From positions 1 through 64,000 of the forward strand of contig BAAIJX010000070.1 in the NCBI GenBank assembly GCA_054600435.1: DNA of 64,000 bases. Reading direction: 5' to 3'. Both the position numbers and the translations under genes were made by a program. Origin of the DNA: Neophaeotheca triangularis. Its lineage: Eukaryota. Each line of letters starts with the position of its first letter. The stretch's first letter is position 1. Positions 1-13,336 of this stretch are shown piece after piece. The notes below the pieces were generated by a model. That model was given only the letters and a program-made list of their open reading frames with translations, was not told the DNA's origin and ran no database searches.

Positions 1-119
1 CCTAACCCTAACCCTAACCCTAACCCTAACCCTAACCCTAACCCTAACCCTAACCCTAACCCTAACCCTAACCCTAACCCTAACCCTAACCCTAACCCTA
101 ACCCTAACCCTAACCCTAA
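1..119. repeat. Telomeric repeat tract (CCCTAA)n, about 20 copies; chromosome end
   Basis: Perfect CCCTAA tandem array from base 1 (TTAGGG on the minus strand), the telomere repeat of filamentous ascomycetes. Confidence 0.98.
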
Positions 120-1500
120 GGGTTAGGAGCGTATACTCTAGTAGTAGGGCGATATCGGCCTTATAGAGGGAGTCTTCGATATATAAGAGGTAGTTATAGA
201 TAGATTAGGTTAGTCCCTATATATGTCGGAAACCTCAAAACGCTATGTTTATAGTATGGTTTTTAGGGTCGAGAATCTAATCTAGTAGCTATTCTTTAAA
301 TATAGGCTGTTTTATCTCTTTATATTTAAGCCGTAACTCTTTACTCTCCTAGTTCTAGCTAATGCGGCTATATAGGCGGCCTATAGTATACTAGATATAC
401 TCGTACTAATAAAAGTAAATATAAGGGTATGTCTTAAATACATACTCATATTACTAGATAAACGTCTATACTTTTAGGAGGTTAGGGTAACTCCTATAAA
501 CCGTTAGTTTAGCTAAGCGAAAAGCTTTCTTGATATCGATATAAGACTTTTGCTCCTTTATCATTACGCTAGTAGGTAGATCTTTATCTACTATCTACTT
601 ACATACTACTAGGGTAGGGGTAATATCTACTAGGTCCTCTAGTTCGATATATCCTCTTTTAGACTTATCGTAGAGGACTATCGCTCTATTAGCAGCTCGC
701 TAAATAGGCGCTATATGCTCTACTAATTACTATTAGAGTTCTATAATAGTAGTAGTAAAGACTATGTATTAGTCCGTTACTACCTCTTCTTATTCTTATA
801 GGGTATTAACTCTAGTTATAGTATTAGGGGAGTCTACTAGGTTAGTGTCGTTAACCTAAGGGTATAGTAAGCGCGATAGTACTATAATGTCTAAGCGAAT
901 CTTAACCTAAAAAGGTTCTAAGATCGAATAGAATTATAAGACTAAGACTATAACTTAGTTAGGATTACGGTATAGCGAGGGTAGAGCGTAATAATAGTAA
1001 TAATAGTAATAGTCCTTTAATATAGAAACTATTTAATAGTAGATAGGAGACTTTACTATTAGCTATCTTATATACTTTTATAGTATATATACTTAGTACT
1101 CCTAAGCTACTCTATAGCTTAGGCTGCCGATGTCCTACTAGCGCCGCGGTTATGACATAAGGTTAGAAGTACTAAGGTTAGAAGTACTACTACTTAGTAG
1201 ATCTCTCTAGTTATAATATATCTCCCTAGTAGTAAAGGAAGAGAGTAGTCCCTAAAGTCACTACTTAGCTATACCCGTATTAAGAATACTACTTCTTTTT
1301 GAAAATCTATTTCTTAATAGTCTATAGTTTAAATATCCTAAAATTAATTTTTAACTATAGAATTAATTTATAGTCTAAACTATGAAATTATAGGGAAGAT
1401 CTAAGGTACTAATAAATAGCAAATTGCTACCTCTTTCTAAATTAAACTGCCCCCTTAGTCAAAATTTGGCGCTAAAATCCTCACCTATTTTAAATCAAAT
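120..1500. repeat. AT-rich, RIP-mutated subtelomeric repeat or transposon relic
   Basis: Very rich in TpA, visibly depleted of CpA/TpG, with no ORF of 60 aa or more. Abrupt change to GC-balanced sequence near 1500. Contains a 15-bp tandem duplication (AAGGTTAGAAGTACT x2, ~1159-1188). Confidence 0.8.
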
Positions 1501-1779
1501 TGCCGTAATTTGGTCGTGGCATTGTAGTTAGTACTACAACGGTTATGAAAGTTTCGGATCAAGACTTAAGATGTAGGCCGTACCGAGAACTCCGCGGCAA
1601 AGGTGTTCAAAAGTGCTTGTAGCGGGGCAAAAAAGCACCATGTTTACTTCCGTGTAGGGTAGAAGATGATATAGAGAAACGAGTTACGGAAGCGCTCTCA
1701 CTCAGAACGTTTTGATTTTCATGGTGATCTACTAGACTGCGAACGGCGACGTACTGCCTCACCTAGAAGGCTGAAGTTT

Positions 1780-3355
1780 TCAGTACTTGGCCTTGCGCCC
1801 GTTGTACCTAAGGGAGAAGACACCGCGCTCAATCGAGTTGAGCAGGATGTAGCCCGACGGGAAGTAGGGGTAGTTGGACCAGGTGCCGAGGAACTCAACC
1901 ACTCCACCAACATCGTCGTCCTCGGGGTGGCAGTCACTGCGAAAGACGTTAGTTTGGTCTGCCGCTGCGGTTTGAGGGGGCGAGAGCGAAGGACTCACAA
2001 GAAACCGGTTTCGGCAATGTTGCCGCCGGCCGGGTCGTAGTCTAGACCGGAGACGTCGAGGACACGGAGGCCAGCGCCGTAGTTGGATTGGTACGAGAGA
2101 CCTTTGACGACGTATTGGTTGTGGTCGATGCTCTTCTCCGTAGATCTAGTAAATGGCGTTAGCATTGCAATACCCGACTGCTGCGGAAGGATAAAGGACT
2201 TACTGGTAGTAGCCGGTGTTGATGGGGTTCTCGAGGTCGGAGATGTTAAAGATGTAGGTGGTGGTGCGGTTGTTGCCAGTGGGCGGGCCAACTTGATCAC
2301 GCTCGTCAAGCTCGTCGTCGAGGAGAATCCACCTCATGTTCTTCTCCGTGGTCAACCAGCCTTGGTGGGTGTAGGCGTTGCCAACGTAAGGGGTACGGGA
2401 GATGACTTGGGGGTTCTCGAGGTCGGTGACATCGTAGATGGTGAGCGTGTCCTCGTTGTAGCCGAAGCAGATGTTGTGGCCGTTGTACTGCTCGGTGGGC
2501 CCGTCGTAGACAACACACTGCGCGTCGTGGACGTAGCCGTCGTCACCAACGCAGGTGGGAGACTCAGCCTCAGGGTCGATCACGAAGAGGCCTCCCGCAC
2601 AGGTGGTGTTGCGGGCGTTGGGGCCGGAGCGACCACCGACACCGTAGATAATGCCACGGTCCCAGTCGGCAACTAGGTTGTGGGTCGCGCCAACACCTGT
2701 GAACAGCTTGATGTCTTTCTCGGTGGAGAAGACCTTGGGCTTGAAGAAAGGGTTCCACCTGCCGATGCGGATCTTCTCGAGCTTGCGGAGGTGGAAAATC
2801 TGTACGCCGTGGCCTTCGGCTTCGGACCCGATATAAGCGTAGTCACCGATGACTTTATGTTGCGTTAGTTTCGCCTACAAAAGTCAAGTCGAGTGGAAGG
2901 TTCATACCCTTGATGTCGCGCCATGAGACAACATCATCAGGCGTCTGGGTTGGCAGACGACCGATGTATTTGAGCGAGCCGGTGAGCTTGTTGATCTCAA
3001 CAAAAGCCACACCGTCGCGCTGTCCCACGATACCGAACTCCCGGCCCAAGGGTGACACCCAACCCCAGACGTCGTTACCGCGCAGGTCTTCGGAGCCAGT
3101 GTCTTCGTGGCTGAGGAAGCCGTGGATGTTGACGTTGTTGCAGCGGTACTCGCCGGCGTAGCCGTTCTTGCAAGGGACGAAGTTGAACAAGCTCTTGTAC
3201 AGCTTGTTACCGCTGAATGCGCCGCTGGCTTCCGCCACGTCCCAATCGTGAGTCTTCATCTCCATCAGACGGTCCATCTTGGCTTTGGCCCCCTCAACGA
3301 CGACGGGCGAGACCGCGGCCAGGATGAGGGTGGCGATGCTGCTGGAGAGCTTCAT
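1780..3355 (-). CDS. Secreted choice-of-anchor B / LVIVD-repeat (beta-propeller-like) family protein, 4 exons
   Basis: Signal peptide MKLSSSIATLILAAVSPVVVEG. Motifs GNDVWGW, SWRDIKV, YVHDAQC, YTHQGWL, LDDELDE, SIDHNQYV, YQSNYGAGLRVLD, GTWSNYPYFPSG, NSIERGVF. Introns near 2857-2907, 2146-2202 and 1939-1998. Confidence 0.85.
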
Positions 3356-4402
3356 GGTGGAACTTTAGAGAGGGTCGAGGTGGTGGTAGGACTCGATTAA
3401 GAGGATGCGAGGTAGGGTGTCGAACGCATCCCTCGAGCGGCAGCGTGGTATTTGTACACCTTCCTGCCATGCCCCGCTTGACCACCTTGATGCACCTTAT
3501 CGGTGCCAATGTGCAATGTTCGCCATCCCTCATCTAGGCCATGCCGGCTTAATGCATGAAGTGTCTTTGTTTCCTTGCAGGACGCAGGCCAACGGTGTCC
3601 AGATTCACGTCGGACGGCTTCGCGTGGTGGGTGGCTCCTAGGCATATGCACGTATTCATGTGCGGGGTTCGTGTTCTATGCCGAATGCGTGTGGTCCTCC
3701 ATGCCAATGCCGCCGGTCGTCATTTCGTCGCGCGCTCCATGCGCCCCAATGTAGTAGAGGTCTGATGAGGGACTCGGGGAAGCTGCATGGTGGAGGGCGA
3801 TAAGTTATGAGGTAGTCGACAAAGCCGCGGATGTATAAGCATTGTTATCTCTTGGGGCTTGGCCGGGGAGCCACAGTCCCTTGACACCTTCTACATACGG
3901 GACAGCGGCCGCTGGGCTGGCCCAGAATGCGAGCTCTTGGGGTCTTGGTCTTTGGACATGTGGGGATGAAGTGCTGTATGGGTCGGACGAGGTAAGGGCG
4001 AAAGAAACGAGGCAGGATAACAATCGATGCAGTCAGAGCGAAGTGAATACAGATGGAAGGGCGGGGATTGTGATGACTTGAACAAGAGAGGCCGAACAGC
4101 CATGACGAGTCGGCGACGAGCAAGGTAAGATGGGGTGGGTGGATACTTATATGGCGGTGATGACAGCCTTGTCGAGGGCATATGAGCACTTTTCTCACGT
4201 ACATGGCGGGCATTTGAGCACTTTTCCGCCACGCAGTTAGCTATACATGGCGAAGGCAGTCTGCAGTAACAATACAGCTAATAGTAGGTAGTACTACGAC
4301 CGCTTATAAAGTAGCTAAAAGCCTTCTCGATAGTAAGGTATTATATCTAGTATCGCACTTCTGAGATCAAAGCCCCGTACTGCAACTTTCGTAACTACAG
4401 GT

Positions 4403-6028
4403 TTAATCGTCTTTACTCGTAGATTTCCTTTCGACGGGATACTTATCTAGCGCTTCATACCACTGTAATAAACTTCCGATCAGAAACGCTAAAGACCCTG
4501 TAGCACCATGTCAGTACCTAGACCACCTCGGGATATTTGTTCAAGAACGTAGATTCAGCTCACCCCATAGGAAAGAACTCCCGAATTGGAACTGAGCCCA
4601 AGACTGACCCATGTATCCAAAGACCGCTGTAAGCAAAAAGCCTACGCTGCCGATAGCGTTGAAAACGTTCGCGTGCCAGCCTAGCACTCCTAAGCTCGGG
4701 CGCCACCAGTCGCGCTGTGTTTCCACCGTGGCGATGAGAGAAGCTGCTGTGAAGCCCGCGGCAGCAATCACCTGTGGGATGCGAATCCATTGCGCCACTT
4801 CTCCTGAAGCGATAGTCGAACCTAGGGAGGCCCACGCCATTGCGCAGTAGAGGAGAGAGCTGCATGCTAGCGTTGTGGCTATGACGAAACCGAAGTCATA
4901 ACGAAGATGGGTCCGCACTTCCTTGAGGGACGGCAGCCAGATCCAAGGATGTTTGGTTTTGGCAGTAGGATCCCAGGGCCGAGCGCTACTGGCTTTACGC
5001 TCGTCGATCTCACGGTGCCAGCTTTGCGGATGGCCGGCAACGACCCTGTAGCTGTCGTGGTGGTGGGAGCAACTGCCGTCAGGCACAAGCAGCGTGACAT
5101 CGGCGTCTTCTACGCTAGTATCCATGGTGTCCGGCTGCGCTTTAGTGATGTGCTGGAGTTTCCATCCAAAGCATCCTTTGCGGTTGGTATTGACAGCCTC
5201 GGAGAAGCCTGTCAAGCTTCCGAAGAAGAACAGACTACTACCAAGTGCGCTGAGAGCCCCTTGGACGTAATACAGCGGCATGCTTTCGCTTACATCGTCG
5301 GGGCTTGTGTAAGGAAGCAGCGACAAAACACCGTTTACTGTGAAGATGGCGCAGGCGAGCGTGAATACTACGGCGAGCACATAGCTGACATCGTGGATTG
5401 TAAATATAGTCAGCATGCGCCAGATACCTCTCAGAAAAGGGCGAGGGCCTCTCGAGGTCGGCGGCGTGGAGTACGGGTTGGCACGCTCGTCGTTTTCCAC
5501 GATGACGAGAGCATGACGGCCTTTTCGGTTGTTGCGCGAGGTCCATTCGTACTGCACGGCGCTCGCTTTGGGACTCAAGTCATCTCCAGTACCCTCTGAA
5601 CTTTCCAGGTGCGTAGAGGCTTCGCTCCCGGGGTCATTGTCAAAACTCTCCGTGGGATCCTCATTACCACCCGTGTAAGTGAAGGTGGCATGAGTTGGGT
5701 CCATAAATCGAACAGGCCCCGTCACCTGGTCGTCTTGCAGTTCAAGGTCATCGTCGTCCCGGAACGGTTCCCATTCACGATCGAACTTTTCACTCCGCGG
5801 CTCATTTCCTCGTGACTTTGCCGGTTTGATGTCCTCGTCGTGGGCGTCATTATGCTCGGCCGTCTTCCCCGTGTCTGCTTCCTCGTTGTGATGCTCGTTG
5901 TGCTGAGGTCTGTCTTGGTGAGCATTTCCACCAGGGCCTACAGACATTGCGAGCTCGTCAGAGTCAGCTCCGCGGTTGCGAGGCCGTTGGCCCGCCGTCG
6001 GCTCCTCGTGACTCTCTTCCGAGTGCAT
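4403..6028 (-). CDS. Fungal integral membrane protein with acidic N-terminus
   Basis: Long ORF with several hydrophobic segments and a WTSRNNRKGRH motif. One 3' intron (GTGAGC...CTGAC...CAG, ~4498-4563) joins a last exon ...LAFLIGSLLQWYEALDKYPVE...*. Start placed at MHSEESHEE. Confidence 0.75.
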
Positions 6029-7297
6029 GGGTGTAGCATGGCCTCTTGACTGGACTAGCACACCCCGTTGAGCATCTGTACGGGACAGGATCTCCCCAGT
6101 AGTGTACTTGGAGCGTGGTGGCCATTGTACTTGGTACACGTTCGAGATGTAACAAGACTGGCAGTAACGTAAGGCACGGACGTAGCCACCTGCAGCCAAG
6201 CGGAGCTTTTCCGTCGCCACCACCACACCAAGTCCTTACCTTCCACGGGGTTCTGTTTTGCGAGTGGCGCCAGGGACCTTTACAACTTGTTACAGAACGC
6301 CGAGGACAGCTCACTTCTACAGCTGTTTGCGGCCAATCTGTACTACGGAATGAACTCGAATGCGCCTCATTGATACTGGCAGAATTCAGCGACTCAGAAG
6401 TTCCACGCCCAGCGCCAAACGAACCAGGAACGCTTTCATCACGATGAGTCTCCCGAATATGCTGGTCACAAGAGATACAAGCAACGACTACGGCTGAAAT
6501 TTCGTGGTTATGCAAGTGACTGATGCCGACCTTCACGAGACAATACCTTGCCAACTGGTCTCAACTACCCAGACAGCTGATCGTGCCCTATTTAGTGGAC
6601 TAGGTAAAGTCAACACGGCCGCGGTTGTGATCAGACAGAGGCCGGCTATCCTCTGGAACGTACTGCTCTCCCCGATGATCGTATGCGTCCGCTGACAGTA
6701 CGACATCGCTGCCACGGCGGAATCTCAAGTCCACTCGTTAGTTGAGGCGTACATGGCATCGACAATGTACAGACACTCATAAGATTTTATCGACAATCTC
6801 GCACTCATCCGACTGAGCTGGAACTTCGCATGCGTTGACCTCAGCGCCAGCACTAGCCTCGGAGTCGTCGCCGGTACCGCCAGAAGGGGTCGCTTCGCCA
6901 ACCCTCAGGCCCTGCTTCGGGGAAGTCGCCGTTGCGGATCAATTCTACCAAAACGTCTCGAAACCCGACGTGGAGAAGGTAGGTGGCTCTGCGTGCAGAT
7001 TATAACAAGTCAGCTTCAAGCCCATTAGCAAGCTGCAGACGCGTGAAGCTCAGAAGCTGAATACCTTCGGCGTAAGGCAGTCGGCTTCGTTGATGAAGCT
7101 TTCGTCTCATTTGGTGCGGCTGAACTCGCTCCATTCAGAGGTTGCGAGAGTGTTATGGCCGCTGCCGAATAGAAGCCCACCGGAAGTAGGCGTTCGGTAA
7201 GGGTGGAGGTTGGTCTCATATATGTAAGCATGGTAGTTGTTTCGAGGGGATAGGGTGCTAGAAAGTACGCCATTTAGCATTTTGGGGATGCGCAGGC

Positions 7298-8735
7298 TCA
7301 CAAGTCCTTCATCGAGCTAGTAAGTCGCTCAGGGCGCAGAGCAATCATAGATTTGCTTCTTGCAAATGCCTGATGTCGTAGGCGTTGTCGAAGCCATGGT
7401 TGAGGGGACATCTGACTAAACTGCCCGAGCCAGTAGCAGAGGACGAAGCCCATGGGTAGGAACCCAGTGTCTCGTTTCACGGCATTGGTTCGGTCGCATT
7501 ATCCCTCATCCTACACCGCAGGACCCCGCGACCAACAGGGTTTTTTGCTCTAAAGCAAAGGCGACAAAACACCCAAGCCATAGCGCAACGCTCACCACAT
7601 TCATCCAACCGCGGCATCGAAAATCAAGCTGAAATGCTTGATGAATCGGTCTCGCGTCGGGGCGATTCTCTGCCACTCTTGCGTGACGCCTCTCCGCCAG
7701 CTTAAGAACGAGAAAAAGGGTGGATGCGTAGCACATGGTAATACCACAAGCTATTCCGAATCCTGGAGGCACAGCCGGCTGTTTGGTTATGGCCCAACTC
7801 CAAGCAAGACAGGAGCTGAGCAAGCCAGAGATGACTGCGCATGTAGCCATTGCAGATAACATTATCGCCGGTCCAGTGAGGACGCGAGCCGATTTTTCCG
7901 CTTTTGTGGCGGCGCGGATGTGGTTCACGAGGCTCTGCTGCTCATTGTTCGCACTGCTCGCTGCTCACTACTCGCCGAGTTGCCACATAGCAAGGCTTCG
8001 CAAGCGCGACAGTGGCCACAATGCCGAGGGGCCAGATCTGGCGGTAGAAAAGTTGCACTTGGCGTATCGGCGAGTCGTCCGGGACGTAGGAGTTAATGGC
8101 AAGCGCTACTGATAGGGAGCCGCTAGCGATGAGAAAGTTAGCAGCCGTTTGCCTAACGTCCAAGCGCATGGCATTGCGCCCAAGATGATAGTTGCGTCGA
8201 ACCACATGCCCCCGAGTTGCACGCTGTGCAATTGCTTTGTAACCCATAAAGCCGAGGTGAGAGCGCAGACAACGTATGCTTGCCGCTCAGGGCCTTGGGC
8301 AATGTAAGCTGCAACCAGCAGCGCGGTCATCTCGGTTAAGCCTGCAACACGGGGTGCGGCTTTGTAGAGCGACACTTTGTTGAGGTTCAGCAAAAGTCCC
8401 TCTGTAAAAGTGCAGAAGTAGTGGGAAGCCAATAACATGTATCGAGCTTGGTCATGCCATCGTTTTACGGGGGCTTGGGATTGCGGCTGGCTCTCGAGGT
8501 CGTGTTTGGGGAATTTCTCCTCGGTAGGCGGTGGCGTTGCATTTCCATGTTGCGGCGGTTGAACGTTTTCATGATCTCGCGCCACGAATGGACCGTACTT
8601 TTTGTCTATTAGGAAGAAGATGGCGAATAGTATGGGGAGAGTGCATAGCGGAAACGTGATAGTGCCTACTTTGAGGGATGGGTATCTACAACTGTCGGTC
8701 CATTCTCCTCGGTCAGGACAGCAAGTTGTGTTCAT
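7298..8735 (-). pseudogene. Fragmented multi-transmembrane orphan protein (possible pseudogene)
   Basis: Four consecutive hydrophobic ORF segments in different frames (8106-8927, 7942-8247, 7506-7928, 7298-7480) with no convincing introns between them. No family recognised. Confidence 0.35.
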
Positions 8736-9916
8736 GTCGGTGGTGTGAGGAGAATATTTCAATCCATGGATATTCGTAACTTGACTACTACATGTCGGGT
8801 TGCTAAGGAGGAGGATGAACCGGGCATTCTTCTGATTCGATTGATACGTTGGACTTTTGATGGCTTCAGACGGAGGAATTCCGCCAATTCCGTGGCATTT
8901 CCTCGGCAAAGGTAGTTGGTAGAGCATCCACTGCCACAGTTAGTAGTAGTAGTCCCACTACCCACTGCCAACTACCAACTACCAACTACAGTAGTAATAT
9001 TAATCTACTTGTCTACCATCGAGCATACTACTCATCTCCACTCCACTCAACGGGAACCTACAGGCACCTCGAAAGCCGAAGCTGTACCTTGTTTACCTTC
9101 CAAGCTTCCCATCTCTTATCAACTCCTTCAGACGTAACGTTAGCATGACTCGTATTCGATGATACCCGCACAAGGCCCGCTATAGCCCGGAAAACTTTGT
9201 TAGAGCTTTAATGGCAATCCCGCACTTCACCCACAGACGACATACCTGGCTGCCTGGAGATGGTTATGTCCTACATGGACGTGGCACGCTGGCGACGCGT
9301 TCCGCGCATTGCGTGCTGCCAGTCCTCGACCCTCGTTCGAAGCGAGACTAAATTTCCAATCCGTCGTTGGCCAGGCTCATGGCTTCCTTCAGCTGCCCTC
9401 GACCGCGACGGGAGGCTCAGTGGAGAGCTAGCGAAGAAAGCAGCGTTATTCTTCTTTCGATATCCACCAACTTTTGAGCCGTCGTCATCTTCCGCTTGGC
9501 GAAAGCTAGCAACTCTGCTATCCGACCTATGACAAGGTTTCGCCGGCCCAGTAGTCACCCCGTCACACTCATCTCAAGAAGATCCGTCAAGGTAACGTTA
9601 GTGTCACGACCCGCCCTTGGCATAGACGACATCCACCTCCATCAGTATCATGCCCCGGTGCTTACGAGTCTCATCCATCCAAAACAGCTCTCATAGGGCA
9701 TACAGGTCGACAAATCTCTAATCATCGCCGCTCCACATTGTTGAAGATCTCGGAATGCCAGCGCTCTTACAAATCCTTCACCAATGGAGGCGGCGACTTC
9801 CTGCAGTGTCGCCTGGACCGGACGATCAACTATAAGTATTACCTTCAACTCTCGTCTTACTGGCTCTCAGCTTTTCTGCGTATACACTCCCTCTCCATCG
9901 CTGCTGTTTCTTCATC

Positions 9917-11105
9917 ATGGTCAATTTTCCCAAGATCGCTGTATTTGCTAGCTCCTTCCTCCCCTGTGTGATTGCTCATCCAGGCGAACACCTCGATCAT
10001 GCCCAAATCAAGAGGGAAGCCACTCTAAACAGTGCCGTTGCCGAGGATGGTGCCCACGCATTGAGCAAATGCCAGAACAGCATCAAGGCTCGAGCGCTGA
10101 ACCAGCGTGCGATTGCAAGGCGGGCCGCCAAGGCGCAGAGTCTTCGTCAGGCCAAACAAATTGATGCCACGAGTAAGTCTTAACCAAACTCCTAGCATGC
10201 AGCAAGGATAGCAGACTGACCGACCCTCAGAGCTCGCTCGTCGCGACGCGAAAGAGATCCAGTACTGGCAACAGCAAAACCACAACCAGACATGCACCTG
10301 CATTCCGCACGACGACACGGCCGCCGACCTCTTCGGCGCTACGACTTCCTGTATCCTCGCCCCGGAGCAAATTGTCGGTCCGTACTACGTCGCCGGCGAA
10401 CTCATCCGCCAAAACATCACCGAGGGCCAATCCGGCGTGCCCATGCACTTTGAGATGCAATTCGTCGATGTCAACACCTGCGAGCCCGTCCCAGCCCTCT
10501 ACATTGATGTCTGGGGCGCAAACGCCACCGGTGTCTACTCCGGCGTCACTTCAGGCCCAGGGATCCTCGCCGACCAATTCGGCCACCAAGCCGGCCTCGA
10601 CACCTCCTTCCTGCGAGGCGTCCAAATCACCGACGAAGAGGGCGTGGCAGCCTTCGACACCATCTTTCCAGGGCACTACGACGAACGAGCAACCCACGAG
10701 CACGTCCGCGTCGCCGGCAACGTCAGCGCCACCTACATCAACGGCACGTTCGAAGGCGGCCGCGTGGAACACATTGGTCAGATCTACTTTCCGGAAAAGC
10801 TCCGCAGCGCCGTCGAAGCCACCTACCCCTACAACACCAACGAGATCGAAGTCACGTCGAATGTCGAGGACGAGATCCTGAACCAGATCGACCTCTCCTC
10901 TTTTGACCCTTTCATCCAGTACCAGTATCTCGGCGATGAAGTTGAAGACGGCCTGCTGGCTTGGATCTCGATTGGCATCAACACTGCCGCCAACCATACT
11001 GCGAACTCATGGGCTTCTGCTCGTAGGTATCAGGACGGTGCTATTGAGGTTGAGGCGCCGGAGGACGACGACTATATTCTTTATCAGTCTGCTTTGCCTC
11101 AGTGA
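9917..11105 (+). CDS. Secreted intradiol ring-cleavage dioxygenase-like protein
   Basis: Signal peptide followed by AHPGE. Intron ~10173-10232 (GTAAGT...CTGAC...CAG). Motifs CILAPEQIVGPYYV, GVPMHFEMQFVDVNTCEP, NATGVYSG, FLRGVQITD, TIFPGHY..RATHEH, HIGQIYF. Confidence 0.88.
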
Positions 11106-11724
11106 GAGGCTTGGCTTTGATGGAAGCTCGGGGTTAGGTCTACAGCACAACCCTTTTGGGCCTCGGTCGGTGTTCGATCACATCGACCTCAGCGTAACCG
11201 CGGATCCAAACCGTGGCCTCGGCCGGGTCGCATGGTTGTACCGGTCTCTGCATTGCAGGACTTCGTAGATAGTCTCTTGTATTTTTGACCTTGAGCACCG
11301 TTCGAGAGTGGCTAGATATACATACCTACGTGGTGACAGTGTTTCGACTATGGGTCAGGTCTTTCTGAGAATGGGAACCTTTGTCAGATGACGGTAGTAC
11401 GGAAGCGATGATTTGAGTACCGCGTCCTGCTGCTGCTACGGCGTTTTGAGGTATCGTGCTAAACCCGGTGGTTTTGGTCGCTTTGATCAAGGCGGCCCAC
11501 AGCGTACCGCTTGGTCTGCTACGATATATGATCTGATGAACCAACAAAGCTCTTCCATGTAGCAGTGCTCCCGCGTTCATCGATGAGCGATCCAGGCTTT
11601 CGGCAAATCGATCCCACACAAACTTTTGAGCTTCTGCCATGGTCTGCGACGATGGAAGGAGACTCTACACAATCACAGAATCAAATCGAGGCGTACGGAT
11701 AGGCAATCACAACCCTCCTCTTTC

Positions 11725-13140
11725 TCAAACCTTCCTAGCAACCCAATGCTGCGACAAATAAGCGTTCCGCGACAACCTCTCCTCGTCACTCTGATACGGC
11801 ACGAGCTCGCCCCTCATGAACGGCAGTCCCTCCATCTCCCTCCCACACTGGCTACTGGGGATCTCGAACTGGAAACCCACGGCTTCAGCCAGCGCCACGA
11901 CCTCCTCCAACGTCAACTTCAACGCCAATGTCTCCCGATACAGAAGCGGACCGTGGTTGATCCAGACACCGCCGGGTTTGAGCATGGCGTGGATAGTTTT
12001 GAGGTAGGTGAGGAGACTCTTGGCCGTGTCGAGGAAGAAGAGGGTGACGAGGGCGTCGTAGGAGCCTTGGTCCGACTTGAGGTCTTTTGTGAAATCGCCA
12101 TCGACGAGCTTCACCGAGGGCTGAGAGAGGAGGCGAGCCATGTCGGGGAAGGAGACGCTGCGGGTCAAGGAAGCGACGCTCGAGCGGTGGTTCCAGGAGT
12201 CGATGAAGGGGTGGAAAGAGACGCTGTCGGGGGTTTCGAGCGTCTGCAGCCAGCGGTAGGCCAAAACCATGTGGAAAGACCATTCGTTGATGGTGACGTT
12301 GAAACCTCCGAGGTCTGCGATTTCATGGCCCAGTCGTCCAAGACCTGCTCCGGGGACTAGGACTTTCGCTGGGGATTCGAGTGATCGCGACGGTCTGGGG
12401 AAGGCTTTTGTGACGGCGTCCAAGATGCAAGGGAAAGTCGGTTGTCGCTCGTTCAAACCCTCAAGGGACCAATCTCGGACGAAGTGCTTCATAGCGTCCT
12501 GGACATGGAAATTTGTGGTGGCACTGCCCGCTGTAGCATTTGTGAAAGCGTGGAACTCGGCTTCCTCAACCTCATAGGATTCGAGGCCGAATGCAAGGAT
12601 TGACCGAGCAATCTCGGCATTTTTCTTCATCAAATCTCCTGCGTCGTTGAGACGCTTGCTGTATCCGAGAGTCTGCTCGATGGTCTGCGGGTGCCGTTGT
12701 TAGATTGAATCGGAGCGAAAGAAGGCATCGGAGACATACCTTCTTCTGCTCATCCGGTAGCCTGCGATACCTTGTCCTCCATTTGGCCAGTTCAGCAAGC
12801 CTATCATCCTCGTATTTGTCGAACGCTCTCAAAGCGTCGAGCAATCGGTACCGCGGGTGGTTGGTGTTCCATGAGCCATCGATTTTGCGCAGGTCTTTTA
12901 GTAAAAAGTCCGACTATATTGTAGCGTTAGTAGAACACGAAGAAACTGGTATCAAATCTCTAAACGGCTTACAGGATGGACTGGGCCTGTGTTTGTGGAC
13001 TTGAACAAGAAACTCAGGTCGGTCGGGAGAGGCCAGTCGAAAGCGAGCTTGTCTTGGTAGACGTGGAACAGGACGGGCAGAAGTGCACCCAGCAATATGA
13101 CAACTATCGAGCGAACATTGAAGTTATTGGTCAAAGTCAT
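11725..13140 (-). CDS. N2227-domain SAM-dependent methyltransferase (carnosine N-methyltransferase-like) with an N-terminal hydrophobic segment
   Basis: Motifs KHFVRDWS.EG..ER, VLVPGAGLGRL, NEWSFHM, GDF, TLFFLDTA, LKPGGVWINHGPLLY. Upstream exons at 12739-12895 and ~12955-13140. Confidence 0.85.
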
Positions 13141-13336
13141 GATGCTCGTCACCTGATCACCACTCAGAGTACAGTACGATCCAGTCGTTGTTGCACGGAG
13201 AAGAAATCTCAAACTCTGAAATTGGCAAAGTTCGGCTGGGTACCTTGATGGGCAATCTATTGTATATCTCTTGGCGATGTCGTGTCTACATTCTCCGTGG
13301 TTTCAGACACAAGACACCAAAAGCAAATAAATCTGT

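Noticed and set aside
120..1500. Telomere-linked RecQ helicase relic
   Set aside because: Plausible by position, but I could not recover helicase motifs from the RIP-damaged sequence.
2083..2676. 197-aa plus-strand ORF, and similar long antisense ORFs over HSP78, EFB1, the SCS fusion and TRM8
   Set aside because: Antisense shadows of codon-biased genes on the other strand, with no independent motifs.
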